A stretch of 64,000 nucleotides of DNA from Thermodesulfobacteriota bacterium (GCA_034189385.1 JAXHVD010000013.1:32001-96000); one strand, 5' to 3'. Counted from the first letter of the stretch, positions 19,924 to 31,687 are shown. Notes: a model not told the origin generated them from the sequence alone. Translations and numbers: made by a program.

Positions 19924-21345
19924 CTAGGAAGGTCCCGTCTTGAACTCTTCTTTTCGCAAGCCATGTTTTTTCATGAGTTTGTGTAGCTGGCGGGTAGTGA
20001 TGCCTGCGGCCTCAGCCGTGTCCTTGATTCGGCCCCGTTTTGCTGCAAGAAGCTCCTTTAGATAGGAGCTTTCTATCTCTTCCACACCCCTCCGCCTGGC
20101 CTCTACAAGCGTGTAGGTTGTGGGCACAGCGGGCATGGGTGTGGCTGTGCCATCCTGAAGGATGTCACTTGGAAAGCTCTCCGTACTCAGTATGGATGCT
20201 GCTTCTATGATGTACGCTCTCTCTAGAAGGTTTTCCAGTTCGCGTATGTTCCCCGGCCAGGCGTACGCACCAAAAGCGTCCAGCACCCGGGAATCAATGC
20301 CATGGATCTCCTTGGAATGGAACTTGTTGAGTTTTCTGAGTATAACGTCAACGAGATGGGGAATGTCTTCTGTCCTCTCCCTAAGAGATGGAATGGCCAC
20401 GGGAAATACGTTCAAGCGGTAATAGAGGTCCTTTCGGAATTGTCCCTGGTCGCAGAGTTCCTGAAGGTCCGTATTTGTGGCTGCCACAACCCTAACACTT
20501 GCCTCCAGTGTCTCTTCCCCTCCCACACGATGAAAAGTCCCATCCTGTAGTACCTGCAAGAGCTTGATCTGGGCAGTGGGTGTGATGGTGGCAATCTCAT
20601 CCAGAAAAATGGTCCCCCCTTGGGCGATTTCGAACTTGCCAAGCTTCCTGCGTACAGCTCCAGTGAAGGCCCCCTTCTCGTGGCCAAAGAGTTCGCTTTC
20701 TATAAGTGTGTCAGGTATAGCGCCACAATGCACAGCGATAAAGGGGCCGTCCTTGCGGTTGCTATGCTGGTGGGTCAGGCCGGCTAGCACGCCCTTTCCT
20801 GTGCCTGTTTCGCCCACAAGGAGCACAGTGCTCTTAGTTGGTGCAACAGAGCGGATTTTGTTGAAGACACCTTGCATCAAGGGGCTTTGCGTGCGGACGA
20901 CGTCGATGGAATCTCCTTGCCAGAATCTATCTCGCAGGTAATCCAGCTCTGATTCCATGACCAGAGATTCATAGGCACTCTCGGTCAGGTATTTGACCTC
21001 TTCAGGATCGACAGGATAGGCAAGGTAGTTACTGGCTCCCGCCTTAACGGCCATGACTGCCTCTCTGATTTTGCCCTGAGACGACATGACAATGATTTGG
21101 GCACTGGGATACACTTGCCAAAATGGTTGAAGGGCGGCTTTCAGGTTATTGTCAGAGGTTGATTCGCGAAGGATCTCCACGTCTAGGAAAAGGAATTCAT
21201 ACCGCTTTTTTTTGAACATCTCCAAGGCCCTATCCTTTTCAGAGGTCACCTCAACAGCGTATTCCTTTCGCAAGCTGGTCTTAATGGCCTCACAGGCGGA
21301 CCGATTGTGAGATGCAACAAGAATGGCCTTCATCTGTTCTTCCAA
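19924..21345 (-). CDS. sigma-54-dependent enhancer-binding protein (NtrC family: REC-like, AAA+, HTH)
   Basis: [40 protein letters not shown] and [10 protein letters not shown] motifs; C-terminal HTH. Confidence 0.95.
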   Translation of the reverse strand: MEEQMKAILVASHNRSACEAIKTSLRKEYAVEVTSEKDRALEMFKKKRYEFLFLDVEILRESTSDNNLKAALQPFWQVYPSAQIIVMSSQGKIREAVMAVKAGASNYLAYPVDPEEVKYLTESAYESLVMESELDYLRDRFWQGDSIDVVRTQSPLMQGVFNKIRSVAPTKSTVLLVGETGTGKGVLAGLTHQHSNRKDGPFIAVHCGAIPDTLIESELFGHEKGAFTGAVRRKLGKFEIAQGGTIFLDEIATITPTAQIKLLQVLQDGTFHRVGGEETLEASVRVVAATNTDLQELCDQGQFRKDLYYRLNVFPVAIPSLRERTEDIPHLVDVILRKLNKFHSKEIHGIDSRVLDAFGAYAWPGNIRELENLLERAYIIEAASILSTESFPSDILQDGTATPMPAVPTTYTLVEARRRGVEEIESSYLKELLAAKRGRIKDTAEAAGITTRQLHKLMKKHGLRKEEFKTGPS

Positions 21346-21449
21346 AGATGTTTCACGGCCGCCCCAAAAAGAGGGTCGGTTGGTTCAGTCTGCCAAATAC
21401 CGGTGTGTCCTCCAATGCACCAAAAGCCACAATCTTTCAAGAGAAAAAA

Positions 21450-21600
21450 AGAATTGTCAGTTCTCACTTCGAGAATATCGGAACTCAAAGTTCCAACATG
21501 GTCAGTCGTCATTTGATTTCAAGTGGTTGAAGGGGCAAACAATGTCTTGAAAGTGCCAACAGGGGGAGTCTTAGTGGCTGGCATCGGAACCTGCAATTCC
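21450..21600. promoter_or_regulatory. three palindromic enhancer sites (GGAAC-N5-GTTCC type)
   Basis: AGAATTGTCAGTTCT 21450-21464; GGAACTCAAAGTTCC 21480-21494; GGAACCTGCAATTCC 21586-21600. Confidence 0.75.
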
Positions 21601-21654
21601 GATTGTCAGGCCCGCTAATTTGTCAAATATTGCAATATCAGCGGTTTATGGTTG

Positions 21655-21670
21655 TGGCACAGATACTGCT
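21655..21670 (+). promoter_or_regulatory. sigma-54 promoter
   Basis: TGGCACAGATACTGCT (GG-N10-GC); IHF-like TATCAGCGGTTTA at 21636-21648. Confidence 0.75.
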
Positions 21671-21765
21671 TATCGTCAGATCCAATAATCTGGGACACGA
21701 TTTCCCTCGCTTGCAAGGAGGGACGGGGTAGCCGAGGACGGGGGGATTCAGACGAGAAGAACAAG

Positions 21766-22083
21766 ATGGTTGCGCAGAGGGAAAGGGCAGGAAATGAACC
21801 AATCACAGTCGTGGGTATCGTCATTCCCGTTGAGTGGGACGACCAGGGGAACGCTCTCACCACGATCATTTCAAGCCCAGGTGAGGAGGAGTACCTTGTT
21901 GAACCGTATGCAAAGGGAAAAGAGCTTTTGGGCTTGGTGAGACAAGAGATAGAGGTCATCGGCGTTCTGACGAAGAGAATGAAAGGTGGAAATACAATCC
22001 GGGTGGACAGTTATCGACTGAAAGAAGCAAGAGATTGGCAAGGAGAGGCGGAACGCCAAAAAACAGGCGCTCCGCCTCTCTAG
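21766..22083 (+). CDS. hypothetical beta-rich protein (paralog of the next gene, no signal peptide)
   Basis: ITVVGIVIPVEWDDQGN...EEYLV....KGKELLGL. Confidence 0.7.
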   Translation: MVAQRERAGNEPITVVGIVIPVEWDDQGNALTTIISSPGEEEYLVEPYAKGKELLGLVRQEIEVIGVLTKRMKGGNTIRVDSYRLKEARDWQGEAERQKTGAPPL

Positions 22084-22137
22084 ACAAACAAGTTCAGTGT
22101 GCTTTAGAACCATTCAACGTGGGAGGAAGCATCATTC

Positions 22138-22464
22138 ATGAAAGGGATCAGAAGATACTTGGTTTTGGTGCTCTGTACGCTGACATTCGCTTCTTTGTTG
22201 TGTACGGCCAGCGTGCTTGCCACAGAGTCAGATGAGGTTACGATCATTGGAAGAGTGCAAGCAGTGGATTGGGATGATAGAGGAAAGCCAATTGCTGCCG
22301 AAATGTCGGGGACGGGAGAGGAATACCAAATCGTTGACAATGCCGTTGGAAAGGAGCTGATCAAGCTGGATGGTATGACGGTGAAGGCAACTGGTGTGGT
22401 GGCTGAAGATAGCAAAGGAAACAAGTCTCTCACCGTGACCAGCTATGAGGTCGTATCCAAATAG
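22138..22464 (+). CDS. secreted hypothetical beta-rich protein
   Basis: Signal peptide; VTIIGRVQAVDWDDRGK...EEYQI....VGKELIKL; GGAGG RBS. Confidence 0.75.
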   Translation: MKGIRRYLVLVLCTLTFASLLCTASVLATESDEVTIIGRVQAVDWDDRGKPIAAEMSGTGEEYQIVDNAVGKELIKLDGMTVKATGVVAEDSKGNKSLTVTSYEVVSK

Positions 22465-22625
22465 GGTAGACATATCACACGGGGGCGACGAAAAGAACTT
22501 ATTCAGATAGCTTGGTTAAGGACCCCTATGAGGGGGGAATGGCCTGCTGCCTCATTTTTGAACCCACAGGAAGGGTGTTCCGCAAGTAGTAACCGGTGTG
22601 ATCAGAATCTAAGGAGGAAGACAGA

Positions 22626-22901
22626 ATGACAAAAGGAGAACTCATTGACCAGATGGCAGGGGACGCTGGCATTTCAAAAGCAGAGGCAGCCGAGGCCCTC
22701 AGTTCGCTTTTGGAGAGCATTGGAAAGGCGATGAACGGAAAGGGAGGCAAGATTACGCTCCCTGGTTTGGGCACCTTCTCTAAGGTGGCGCGCAAGGCCC
22801 GTAAAGGGGTCAATCCGGCAACCGGAGAAAAGATAACCATAAAGGCCCACAACTCGGTGACGTTTAAGCCTGGCAAGGCCCTTAAAGACGCTGTGGCGTA
22901 A
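22626..22901 (+). CDS. hup: HU family DNA-binding protein
   Basis: MTKGELID...GLGTFS...RKARKGVNPATGEKI.I.A...FKPGKALKDAV; AAGGAGG RBS. Confidence 0.95.
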   Translation: MTKGELIDQMAGDAGISKAEAAEALSSLLESIGKAMNGKGGKITLPGLGTFSKVARKARKGVNPATGEKITIKAHNSVTFKPGKALKDAVA

Positions 22902-23237
22902 ATCTTCTGGCACGGCCCTTTCGGCTCTTCAGGAAGGTCATTATCAGGGAAGAGAGACACCCAACAGGGATTTCGTCAGTTAATCCAGAAGTGGCCTGCG
23001 AAGGCTTCTTGCTTGTAGCCTCTTCTCATGCAAACCGTTCGATGTGTAAAGGGCCGAGGACTATATCGTCCAATTCTTCCGGTCCAAGTCCCCTCCGGTT
23101 CCTGCGCGGGAACGTGGTGCTGCCCGCCTCAAAGCCATTTGTCTTAACGGATTGATCCAGCGCACATCCTGGCGCCTTTGGCGCCTGTCGCTTTTTAGGG
23201 GCCGCAAAGGTAGGTCAGATGGAAAGACAGAAGCCTA

Positions 23238-24086
23238 ATGGACCTTATCAAACAAGGAGTACAACAGACCGACAGGCACATAATGGAAGGTCTAAACGCC
23301 TTAAGCTTTCACGATGGTCAACTCTTCTATCTGTATGTGCCTGGGAGGGTGATTGCCGAGCCTACAGCAGCCAGGATACTGGTGTCGGTCCACGGATACA
23401 CGGGCAGCAGAACCAACGCCAGGGGAAGGGCCAAGGTAAGAACCTATGCCGAATACTGGACAGACCTGGCAGACGAGAAGGGGTGGGTTGTTCTGGCCCC
23501 CCATTTTGACGAACGGCGATTCAACAAGGACTACCAACGCCTGAACCCCTCGGGACTGAGAGCAGACCTTCGCTTAAACGCCCTCGTCGATGAAGTGGGG
23601 AAAATGCTGCCGGGAATCCCTACAGCCCCCATTTTGGTTTTTGGCTTTTCTGGGGGCGGTCAGTTCGTTCATCGTTATCTCACCTTCAGCCCTGAACGGG
23701 TTGACCGGGCCGTGTGTGGTGCGCCAGGTTGGTATTTGTGGCAGGACCCAACACTGCCTTATCCGGTGGGAACTGCTCGAAAGACATTGCCCTGCGGCCT
23801 GCGACCGCGATGGCGACAGCTCTGCGGGGCCAAGGTTCTTCTCATTGTTGGGGAAAGGGATATTGCCCAGTCCGCTTTTAGGAAAAGATACAAAAAGTAT
23901 GATCTCATGAGCCTGCAAGGTAAAGGCCGCAAGGAACGGGCCGAGAACTGGTTCGCCTCCCTGCAGCAAATGGCTAATGAGGAACGGTGGTCTTTCAGGA
24001 TGGCTCTCAAGGTGCTTCCACGCGCGGGACATGTGGTCAATCAGTCTTTTCTGGAATGCACAGCGAGATATTTGTGCGAGGACTAG
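23238..24086 (+). CDS. alpha/beta-fold hydrolase
   Basis: VHG oxyanion motif, GFSGGGQF nucleophile elbow, GERD and AGH catalytic candidates. Confidence 0.8.
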   Translation: MDLIKQGVQQTDRHIMEGLNALSFHDGQLFYLYVPGRVIAEPTAARILVSVHGYTGSRTNARGRAKVRTYAEYWTDLADEKGWVVLAPHFDERRFNKDYQRLNPSGLRADLRLNALVDEVGKMLPGIPTAPILVFGFSGGGQFVHRYLTFSPERVDRAVCGAPGWYLWQDPTLPYPVGTARKTLPCGLRPRWRQLCGAKVLLIVGERDIAQSAFRKRYKKYDLMSLQGKGRKERAENWFASLQQMANEERWSFRMALKVLPRAGHVVNQSFLECTARYLCED

Positions 24087-24137
24087 GACGTAGCTGTGGC
24101 TTTTGCCTCAATTGAGGTGAAGCGGAGAAGCAACAGA

Positions 24138-25208
24138 ATGCAAAAGATTGACAAAGGATTCATCTTGCCAAGTGCTGCCTTGACCATCAAGAGGAGCCAG
24201 GTCAAACACTACAAACACTCTGACAAGATGCCGGAAGTCGGTGATGTCGTCTATGGAACCATTGGTCGTATTGGCCATCACTCGTCTTTGGAGAATGCCT
24301 TTGGCAGGATTCATACGATACACAATGGTACAAAAGGCATTTTTGTTTTTGGAAATAGATATGCTCCAGACCATTATGAAGGGATCATCCCAGACAGAAT
24401 GAGACATAAAGTCGACCTCCTTGCCCGATCCGGCATGATCGGGATCGTGAAAACCAAGAATGCCATGATAAAAGATCCGACAAGGGTGCGGATACATGGC
24501 TATGTGTTGGACAAGGACAACAACACCGTCCTGAATACCCGCTCCTTTCCCACGGTCAAGCCCAAGAAGTCGGTCAAGGACTTCCCCAGATCCAGAATGA
24601 TTTTGGTTTGCGGCACTTCCATGAATGCGGGCAAGACCATGGCTGCTGTTGCCTGTTGCTGGGCGCTGGCATCCATGGGACACCCTGTGCGGGCCTCAAA
24701 GGTGACAGGAACGGCCAGTCTCAAAGACATCCTCCACATGAACGATGCAGGCGCCGATCCTTATGCTGATTTCACATTCCTTGGCTATCCTTCGACCTAT
24801 CTGCTTCCCGAGGATGAGGTGCTGAGCATCTTCGATCAGCTTGACCTTAAATATGCAAACAACCGCAAGAACTATTGGGTGGTGGAGTTTGCTGACGGCA
24901 TCAACCAGCGGGAAACGGCCATGCTGCTCCGTTCAAAGGAAGTGAGGTCAAGGATTCACAAACTCATCTTTTGTGCTAGTGACGCCTTTGGAGCCCTGGG
25001 AGGATTGAAGATCCTGGAAGACAAATTTGGTCTGGTTCCCGATGCCCTCTCGGGCGTGTGTTCCAGTTCGCCATTACATGTAAGGGAGCTTGCGAGATTC
25101 AGTGATGTGCCGGTTTTTAACAGTGCTAACCCTGATCTGAGCCAACTGGCCAAGATTCTCCTCTCATACGAAAGGCGTTCGTCCCCTTCATGGCGGAGCG
25201 CTGCCTGA
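24138..25208 (+). CDS. DUF1611-related P-loop NTPase
   Basis: FGNRYAPD, GTSMNAGKT (P-loop), KVTGT, D...M.DAGA and VVEFADG motifs. Confidence 0.7.
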   Translation: MQKIDKGFILPSAALTIKRSQVKHYKHSDKMPEVGDVVYGTIGRIGHHSSLENAFGRIHTIHNGTKGIFVFGNRYAPDHYEGIIPDRMRHKVDLLARSGMIGIVKTKNAMIKDPTRVRIHGYVLDKDNNTVLNTRSFPTVKPKKSVKDFPRSRMILVCGTSMNAGKTMAAVACCWALASMGHPVRASKVTGTASLKDILHMNDAGADPYADFTFLGYPSTYLLPEDEVLSIFDQLDLKYANNRKNYWVVEFADGINQRETAMLLRSKEVRSRIHKLIFCASDAFGALGGLKILEDKFGLVPDALSGVCSSSPLHVRELARFSDVPVFNSANPDLSQLAKILLSYERRSSPSWRSAA

Positions 25209-25470
25209 ACTTCCGTCCGTTACTACTGCCTCGATGAATCCAAAGAGTTAAGTTGGACACAAGAGAGGGCCCCAGGGCACTGTCAGCTTGCCATCGGCCT
25301 TGTTGAAGAGCGGGATAAGGATGTGAGAACCAGTGAGGGAAAATGGATTGTGTTGATTTTTTCGGAAGAGAAGGTACGGACGAGGCCAAAAGAGACCGCA
25401 CTTTTTGAGAAGCACGACTTAGACACAAAATATGCCCGCCGTGGACATCCGGCCTGCTGAGAGGGGAAAG

Positions 25471-26349
25471 ATGACTTCCAATCGCACCAATAGAACGACT
25501 TCGGATTTCGCGCGTGAACTGTTACGGAACATCGGACTCATAACGCTGGGTAGCACCATCTGTGCGTTAGCCATCAACGGTATCCTCATTCCCCACAGAT
25601 TCGTGAGTGGCGGTGTGACCGGCCTGGCCCTGGTGATCCACTATCTTGTTCCATCTCTCCCTGTTTCGGGGCTCTATTTCGCCATCAATCTGCCCCTCTT
25701 TGCCATGGGATGGAAGTTTGTTGGAAGGCGCTTCTTCTTGTTCAGTGTGGCGGGCATGGTTGTCTTTTCCGCAAGCTTGCAGTGGGTTTCCATTCCCATC
25801 GCGATCCATGATCCCGTTCCGAGTGCACTGCTTGCAGGCATTATGAGCGGCCTGGGTTCGGGAATCATCCTACGATCTGTCGGGTCAGCAGGGGGTACGG
25901 ACATTCTTGCAGTGACCTTATTGAACCGCTTTTCTATTCGCTTGGGAACCACGACTTTGGCCTTCAATGCCGGCGTGCTCGTTCTGGCAGCCATGTCTTC
26001 CTCTTTGGAACCAGTGCTGTACACCCTCATTTATATGTATGTCACCTCCCACGTTATGAATCTCGTGGCTACGGGGCTTAGCCAGAGGAAAGCTGTGCTC
26101 ATTATTTCATCTCAGTGGAACGAAATTGCGCAAAGGGTCCTTGAGCAGGTTCGAAGGGGCGTCACTATTCTTCGAGGCCAAGGGGCATTCTCAGGTCAGG
26201 AAGAACAGGTCTTGTACACCGTCATCACGTTTCGGGATCTGGCCCGAACTAAACGGATTATCCGCCAAGTGGACCCCGGCGCCTTTGTGGTGGTGACCGA
26301 TACCCTGGAAGTGATGGGCCATCGCATTGGAAACCAGCCCCACTGGTAA
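25471..26349 (+). CDS. YitT family membrane protein
   Basis: SGGVTG, NLPLF..G, SAGGTDILA and C-terminal DPGAFVV motifs. Confidence 0.9.
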   Translation: MTSNRTNRTTSDFARELLRNIGLITLGSTICALAINGILIPHRFVSGGVTGLALVIHYLVPSLPVSGLYFAINLPLFAMGWKFVGRRFFLFSVAGMVVFSASLQWVSIPIAIHDPVPSALLAGIMSGLGSGIILRSVGSAGGTDILAVTLLNRFSIRLGTTTLAFNAGVLVLAAMSSSLEPVLYTLIYMYVTSHVMNLVATGLSQRKAVLIISSQWNEIAQRVLEQVRRGVTILRGQGAFSGQEEQVLYTVITFRDLARTKRIIRQVDPGAFVVVTDTLEVMGHRIGNQPHW

Positions 26350-26469
26350 AGCCTTTGGCAATTTCCCTACGTCCATCTTTTCCTCCAGTGCCGATCCACG
26401 TGGGTCCAGATTTGCCCCTTTACCTTGACGGCTACCTTGGATTCGTGCATAAGATCTACGAAATAGAAG

Positions 26470-27765
26470 GTGGCCAACGAGCTTTCAGCCATAAAGAAGG
26501 AGTACGAAGAAGCCATGCGATATTATACGGGCCTGAGGGCCTATACTGCAAAAAGGATCGAAGAAGTAGAGCGTGCAGACATCCTCGTGGGCATACCCTG
26601 CTACAACAATCAGGAGACTATCGAACATGTGGTCCAGATGGTCACGCACGGCCTGCACAGGCACTTCAAGGACATGCGCTCTGTCATCATGGTGGCTGAT
26701 GGCGGTTCTACCGATGATACCCGGGAAGTCGCCAAGGAGTTTCAGATCAAGCCATGGCAGGAGAAGATCGTCTCCATCTACCGCGGTCCAGGCGGCAAGG
26801 GCTCGGCCTTTCGGTCCATTTTTGAAGCCGCCAAGCGCCTCAAGGTGAAAGCGTGCATGGTGGTTGATTCGGATCTTCGCTCCATTACCAGCGATTGGGT
26901 CAAGTACCTTTTGGAGCCCGTCCTGGAAAGGGACTACGAATATGTGTCGCCCATCTATTCCCGTTACAAATACGATGGTACCATTACAAACAACATTGTT
27001 TACAATCTCACCAGGGCTCTCTATGGCCTGCGGATTCGCCAACCCATTGGTGGAGACTTCGCCTTTGCAGGCGAGCTGGCACGCCACTACATTGAACAGG
27101 ATGTGTGGGAGACAGATGTGGCCCGATACGGCATTGATGTGTGGATGACCACCCATGCCATCACGCACAACTTCAAGATCTGTCAGTCCAATCTGGGTGT
27201 GAAGATCCACGACGCCAAAGACCCTGCCGAGTCCTTGGGCCCCATGTTTCGCCAGGTAGTTCACACCCTCTTTGTGCTCATGGAAGAGAATGAGGAGGCA
27301 TGGCAGTCTGTGCGGGGGAGCCGGACCGTGCCGGTATTTGGGCTTGAGAAATTGATGGAGCCCGAGCCGATTCAGGTCAATCTTGAAGCATTAGTAAAGG
27401 AGTACAAGACCGGTTTCAGACAATTCAAAGGGCTCTATAAGGATGTGTTTTGCCCACAATGCTATGATGAGCTGAAGAAGTGTGCAGCCAAATCCAAGAC
27501 AAAGTTTATTATGCCGGAAAAGACATGGGTCATGGCCCTCTATGAGATTGCGGCCACCTTTCACCAGTGGACGTTTAACCGCACCCAGCTTATCAACGTG
27601 GTCACTCCCCTGTATCTCGGTCGTGTCGCCTCCTTCATCAACGAGACAAAGAAGATGAGCTCAGGCGAGGCTGAAGAGGTGGTGGAAAAACAGGCCCAGG
27701 TCTTTGAGGAGCAAAAGAACTATCTCATTGAGGTCTGGGACAAGAAGGCCAAGACCAAGCACTGA
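26470..27765 (+). CDS. glucosylglycerate/mannosylglycerate synthase-like glycosyltransferase (Ggs/MgS-like)
   Basis: VGIPCYNN, DGGSTDDT, GKGSA, VDSDLRS, RYKYDGTITN, RQPIGGDF and YGIDVW motifs. Confidence 0.75.
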   Translation: MANELSAIKKEYEEAMRYYTGLRAYTAKRIEEVERADILVGIPCYNNQETIEHVVQMVTHGLHRHFKDMRSVIMVADGGSTDDTREVAKEFQIKPWQEKIVSIYRGPGGKGSAFRSIFEAAKRLKVKACMVVDSDLRSITSDWVKYLLEPVLERDYEYVSPIYSRYKYDGTITNNIVYNLTRALYGLRIRQPIGGDFAFAGELARHYIEQDVWETDVARYGIDVWMTTHAITHNFKICQSNLGVKIHDAKDPAESLGPMFRQVVHTLFVLMEENEEAWQSVRGSRTVPVFGLEKLMEPEPIQVNLEALVKEYKTGFRQFKGLYKDVFCPQCYDELKKCAAKSKTKFIMPEKTWVMALYEIAATFHQWTFNRTQLINVVTPLYLGRVASFINETKKMSSGEAEEVVEKQAQVFEEQKNYLIEVWDKKAKTKH

Positions 27766-27889
27766 TGGTGCCTTCACCACCGTCACATTCCGCGGAGACA
27801 TTCCGTGGCTGGGAGCTCGGGATACAGGCATAGTATCCCAGGCCTTGAGCCAGACAGAAGTGGCCGCGGGATGATAGGAGTAGCGCCCG

Positions 27890-28897
27890 ATGACATTGAC
27901 CAACCCCCTTATAATGCTCCTTTTAATTATTGCGTTGCTAGGCTGTTCCGCTTTTTTCTCGGGGTCTGAGACGGCCCTCATGGCCATCAGCAGGCTGCGT
28001 CTGAGGCACCTTGCCGAGACCAAGCCTGTTAGAGCCAAACTGGTACAACGCATCCTAAAGGAGCCGGAACGCCTGATCGGGACCATCTTGTTAGGAAATA
28101 ATCTGGTGAACGTGGCCATGTCAGCCCTTGCCACGGCTTTTGCCATCTCACTTTGGGGTGAAAAGGGTATTATCTATGTGACAGGGTTGCTCACTCTTGC
28201 GATTCTGGTCTTTGCCGAGATTACCCCCAAAGTGTATGCGAAATACTACAATGAGCGGGTTTCTTTTCTTACGGCTCCCATCCTCAAAGGTATCATGGTG
28301 TTCTCCAATCCAGTGGTGGTCTCGATTACCTATGTCACAAACAAGATCTTATTGCTGCTGGGTGTGGATGTGTCCAAGATGAAGAACCCGCTTATGACAG
28401 AAGACGAGATCAAGACCTGCATCAAGATGGGCTGGGATGAAGGTGCTATTTCAGCAGAGGAAAGGAAAATGCTTTCAAGGGTTTTTACCCTCAATGATAA
28501 GACCGTAGAAGAGGTCATGGTCCCCAAAGAGAAAATGACCGTCCTGGACATAGATGCTTCCATGGATGATCTCACCAAAATGATCGTTAAAACGGGGCAT
28601 ACACGGTTTCCCGTTAGGGAGGGAAGGGGTTCAGATGTCATCGGTTTTGTGCACGCCAAAGATGTGTTCAGGGTCATAGAAAGCAAGCAGTCGGTTTCTG
28701 TCAAGAAGATTCTGCGGCCGGCCTATTTTGTGCCGGCCGAAAAGACGATCGATGCCCAATTGCGAAGCTTTCAGGCGAAAAAACTCCATCAAGCAGTCGT
28801 ACTGGACCCAAAGGGTAAATTGACAGGTCTCATCACCCTGGAAAATATACTGGAAGAACTGGTGGGCAGCATACAGGATGAACACGACTATTCATGA
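27890..28897 (+). CDS. CNNM/DUF21 plus CBS-pair protein (CorB/HlyC family)
   Basis: SAFFSGSETAL, TILLGNNLVN, AEITPK, GHTRFPV and ITLENILEELVG motifs. Confidence 0.9.
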   Translation: MTLTNPLIMLLLIIALLGCSAFFSGSETALMAISRLRLRHLAETKPVRAKLVQRILKEPERLIGTILLGNNLVNVAMSALATAFAISLWGEKGIIYVTGLLTLAILVFAEITPKVYAKYYNERVSFLTAPILKGIMVFSNPVVVSITYVTNKILLLLGVDVSKMKNPLMTEDEIKTCIKMGWDEGAISAEERKMLSRVFTLNDKTVEEVMVPKEKMTVLDIDASMDDLTKMIVKTGHTRFPVREGRGSDVIGFVHAKDVFRVIESKQSVSVKKILRPAYFVPAEKTIDAQLRSFQAKKLHQAVVLDPKGKLTGLITLENILEELVGSIQDEHDYS

Positions 28898-28969
28898 GAG
28901 GCGTGCTGGTTTGTGTATAGTGCTCTGATTTTCTGAAGAGGCCTCTTTTGAATGGCGCGCCAAGGATGA

Positions 28970-30733
<1,764 letters not shown>

Positions 30734-30741
<8 letters not shown>

Positions 30742-31075
30742 CGGCCGCCAACCAAGAGAAGAAGACGTCCGAAAGGAACTGTGCCGGAAAGTGAAGATAA
30801 AAGAGGCCAGGAAGATGAGGGCCCGCCAGCAGAAAGATGGCTCTGTTTGGTTCGGGTTGGGCATGTTTGGCCTAGTCGGGTGGTCTGTCGCCATCCCCAC
30901 GCTGATTGGCGTGGCCCTGGGTGTCTGGATAGACCTGAGATGGCCAAGCCGGTATTCCTGGACCTTGACGCTCCTCATCATTGGCATTGGGCTCGGTTGC
31001 CTGAACGCCTGGTTCTGGGTGAGCCGAGAGCGAGAGGCGATTGAGGAAGAAGAAGGGGGACCTGAATGTGACTGA
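30734..31075 (+). CDS. atpQ: N-ATPase AtpQ (AtpZ/AtpI-like) membrane protein
   Basis: GLGMFGLVGWSVAIPTLIG...GCLNAW; operon position. Confidence 0.85.
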
Positions 31076-31400
31076 ATGGCTTCCCCTAGGACTTTGTTTT
31101 CTGGCGGGCATTGGGCTAGGCACATTCTACTTTTACGGGTTGTGGTTAACGGTTCGAAAGCTCCCCTTGGCGCGGCGACCGCTCCGGCTAAGTCTTCTTA
31201 GCCTTTTTGGGCGCTCAGCCGTAGTGTTGGCGGGCTTCTATTTTGTCATGGGTGGCCGATGGGAGCGGCTGATAGTGAGCTTGGTTGCTTTTCTCGCCGT
31301 TCGGACGGTGCTCGTAAGGCATTGGGGTCCAGATCGCAGCGGCCTGAAGTCGCACCCTGAGCTTGCAGGGAGGAGCCCAGATGTTAAGACCAGAGGCTGA
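31068..31400 (+). CDS. atpR: N-ATPase AtpR membrane protein
   Basis: G..LGTFYFYGLWLTVR...SLFGR; GTG start overlaps atpQ. Confidence 0.8.
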   Translation: MTEWLPLGLCFLAGIGLGTFYFYGLWLTVRKLPLARRPLRLSLLSLFGRSAVVLAGFYFVMGGRWERLIVSLVAFLAVRTVLVRHWGPDRSGLKSHPELAGRSPDVKTRG

Positions 31401-31420
31401 GATCCCTTGGCCTCCAGACA

Positions 31421-31687
31421 TGATGATTTCGAAAAAAGTCCATTTTGCCTTCTCCGTGACCATTTGCGCCCGTGGGCTTGAGAAGAGATGCGCACACTTG
31501 AGATGGTCGACTAAAAGGCTAAAACTCTCCGCCCCGGCGGACTCAAAGTCGAAAGACACGTCTTTCTGTCATTCCGGTGAAAGCCGGGCACGCAGTGAAG
31601 CTCCGGCGCTATCCAGTCTTTTCAAAAACTTCTAGATGCCGGATCAAGTCCGTCATGACGATTCAAGGATTTTTTAAGAAACCGTCA
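31421..31687. mobile_element. 267-bp MITE-like non-coding insertion with a nested REP-like palindrome
   Basis: 21-bp imperfect terminal inverted repeats (16/21 match), flanking GACA direct repeat, internal GTCATTCCGG...CCGTCATGAC palindrome at 31568-31659. Confidence 0.65.
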
